Shown here one piece after another: positions 62,371 to 64,000 of a DNA stretch of 64,000 bases; positions within the stretch are counted from its first letter, which is position 1; each line of letters opens with the position of its first letter. The notes under the pieces were generated by a model. The model did no database searches, was not told where the DNA came from, and worked only from the letters and a program-made list of their open reading frames with translations. The translations under genes were made by a program, and so were the position numbers. This DNA is from an uncultured Acidobacteriota bacterium (GTDB lineage Bacteria > Acidobacteriota > Thermoanaerobaculia > UBA5066): assembly GCA_963836285.1 (NCBI GenBank), contig CAWIIN010000001.1:353967-417966 (forward strand), read 5' to 3'.

Positions 62371-63821
62371 GCGGATCGCCCGCGGACCGCTGGGAGAATC
62401 CCCTCACGACCCGATACGCCTCCGGTGAGATGTCCACGCTCTTTTCGGCGCGCTCGAAGTTCACCGCCTGGCGCCGCCTCTGGCTCTGGCTCGCGGAGGC
62501 CGAGAAGCAGCTCGGCCTCCCGATCCCCGAGGCGTCGCTGGAGGCCCTGAGGGCCCACCTCGTCCCGACCGACGCCGAGCTCGAGGCCGCCGACCGCTAC
62601 GAGCGCGAGACGAAGCACGACGTCATGGCGCATCTCCATGCGCTCGGAGACGTCGCCCCGACCGCCAAGGGCGTCCTGCACCTCGGCGCGACATCGGCCT
62701 TCGTGGGCGACAACGCGGATCTCCTTGTCCTCCGCGAGGCGCTCCGCCTCCTCGCGACGCGGACCGTGCGCGTCATGGGCCGGCTCGCGCGGTTCGCGCG
62801 CGCCTACAGAAACCTCCCGTGCCTCGGCTTCACGCACTTCCAGGCCGCGCAGCCCACGACCGTGGGCAAGCGCGCCTGTCTCTGGCTGCAGGACCTCGCC
62901 CTCGACCATCGCGAGCTCGTCCGCCGCGCCGACGAGCTGCGCTTTCTCGGGTGCAAGGGCGCGACGGGCACCCAGGCGTCATTCGTCGCGCTCTTCGACG
63001 GTGACGCGGACAAGGCCGAGCGACTGGACGAGCTCGTGGCGGAGAAGGCGGGCTTCCCGGATCGGCTCCTCATCTCGGGCCAGACGTACACGCGCAAGCA
63101 GGACGCCCTCGTCCTGTCGGCCCTCTCGGGCCTCGCGGCCTCGGCGTCGAAGTTCGCGAACGACATCCGCCTCCTGCAGCACCTCAAGGAGGTCGAGGAG
63201 CCCTTCGGCAAGAAGCAGGTCGGCTCGTCGGCGATGCCCTACAAGCGCAACCCGATGAAGTGCGAGCGGATCAACGCCCTCTCGCGCTGGCTCCTGTCGA
63301 TCTCCGACAACGGCAACTGGACGCACGCGACGCAGTGGTTCGAGCGCACGCTCGATGACTCGGCGAACCGGCGGCTCGCGCTCGCGGAAGCGTTCCTCTC
63401 GGCAGACGCGATCCTCCTCCTCTGGGACGCCGTCGCGGACGGGCTCGTCGTCCACCCGGCCGTCGTCCGCCGCAGGCTCGACGCGGAGGTCCCGTTTCTC
63501 GCGACCGAGAACATCCTCATGGCCGCCGCGAAGAAGGGCGGCGACCGGCAGGTCCTCCACGAGAAGATCCGCGTCCTCGCGCAGGCGGCGGGCGACCAGA
63601 TGAAGAACGAGGGCGGCGAGAACGACCTCCTCTTCCGCATCGCGGCGGATCCGGCCTTCGGCCTGACGCCGGTGGAGATCCAGGTCGCCTCGGATCCGGC
63701 GCGGTTCATCGGCCGGGCTCCCGAGCAGGTCGACGAGTTCCTCGAGAAGGAGATCGACCCGATCCTCGCGACGGCCCCGCAGGCGGCCGCCGGCGAGACA
63801 CACGAGGAGGTCCGCGTCTGA
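62367..63821 (+). CDS. purB: adenylosuccinate lyase
   Basis: Full-length PurB similarity (…GSSAMPYKRNP…). Confidence 0.93.
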   Translation: MSGSPADRWENPLTTRYASGEMSTLFSARSKFTAWRRLWLWLAEAEKQLGLPIPEASLEALRAHLVPTDAELEAADRYERETKHDVMAHLHALGDVAPTAKGVLHLGATSAFVGDNADLLVLREALRLLATRTVRVMGRLARFARAYRNLPCLGFTHFQAAQPTTVGKRACLWLQDLALDHRELVRRADELRFLGCKGATGTQASFVALFDGDADKAERLDELVAEKAGFPDRLLISGQTYTRKQDALVLSALSGLAASASKFANDIRLLQHLKEVEEPFGKKQVGSSAMPYKRNPMKCERINALSRWLLSISDNGNWTHATQWFERTLDDSANRRLALAEAFLSADAILLLWDAVADGLVVHPAVVRRRLDAEVPFLATENILMAAAKKGGDRQVLHEKIRVLAQAAGDQMKNEGGENDLLFRIAADPAFGLTPVEIQVASDPARFIGRAPEQVDEFLEKEIDPILATAPQAAAGETHEEVRV

Positions 63822-63862
63822 AGGAAGAAGAGAAGCGAAGATTTTCTTTGAAGGTGAATGAG
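63821..63862 (+). repeat. dispersed repeat F copy (AAGGAAGAAGAGAAGCGAAGATTTTCTTTGAAGGTGAATGAG) starting at the purB stop
   Basis: It is paired with 63919–63953. A GC hairpin plus TTTTCC (63880–63920) lies between them. Confidence 0.65.
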
Positions 63863-63918
63863 ATCGGGGCCCGCGGCACGGCAATCGCCGAGCGGCGCCG
63901 CCCGCGCCGAGCCCTTTT

Positions 63919-63953
63919 CCCCCTCAAAGAAATCGCTCTGGTGCTCTTCGGAC
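63919..63953 (-). repeat. dispersed repeat, inverted copy (CCCCCTCAAAGAAATCGCTCTGGTGCTCTTCGGAC)
   Basis: Reverse complement of the F core plus the GTGCTCTTCGGAC tail. Confidence 0.6.
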
Positions 63954-64000
63954 TTTCCGTCGCGGCGTGCTCGTCCGCCCCGAAGGCCACGACCTACGTC

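Overview
This is a roughly 70% GC bacterial chromosome segment, almost entirely transcribed from the minus strand. It is a core informational super-cluster. Reading the minus strand from high to low coordinates, the gene order is: purB and a small Zn-ribbon gene (plus strand); arcA–arcB (arginine deiminase pathway); a TonB-C protein; an FHA–GAF–adenylyl cyclase; rdgB; coaE and folD (plus strand); rplM–rpsI; rpsB–tsf–pyrH–frr–ispD–ispF–rlmB; five tRNAs (Thr-Tyr | Thr-Gly-Trp); secE–nusG–rplKAJL–rpoB–rpoC; a DUF5522-like gene; an esterase (plus strand); a squalene/phytoene-synthase-family gene with dxs; rpsL–rpsG–fusA–tuf; the S10, spc and alpha ribosomal operons (rpsJ through rplQ); two receiver-domain genes; acpS; a FecR-like secreted protein; def; a REC–GAF regulator; cysS; an aroD–aroE fusion; and a hisZ–hisG fusion that runs off the window start. 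Many genes use GTG starts and GTGA/ATGA stop-start overlaps. Five observations stand out. (1) A dispersed AT-shifted repeat family has a core of roughly GATTTTCTTAGAAGGTGAAGAGGG with polypurine flanks. It occurs as inverted pairs bracketing terminator hairpins in at least 7 intergenic regions. It also occurs as solo in-frame copies inside at least 5 coding sequences, where it contributes low-complexity E/K/S-rich peptide segments. (2) There is an apparent covalent HisZ–HisG fusion. (3) fusA carries an apparent 1-nt frameshift. (4) RpoB carries a roughly 65-aa C4 zinc-ribbon insertion. (5) Many ribosomal proteins carry Lys/Ala/Pro-rich terminal extensions. No rRNA, CRISPR array or classical IS element/transposon is evident.
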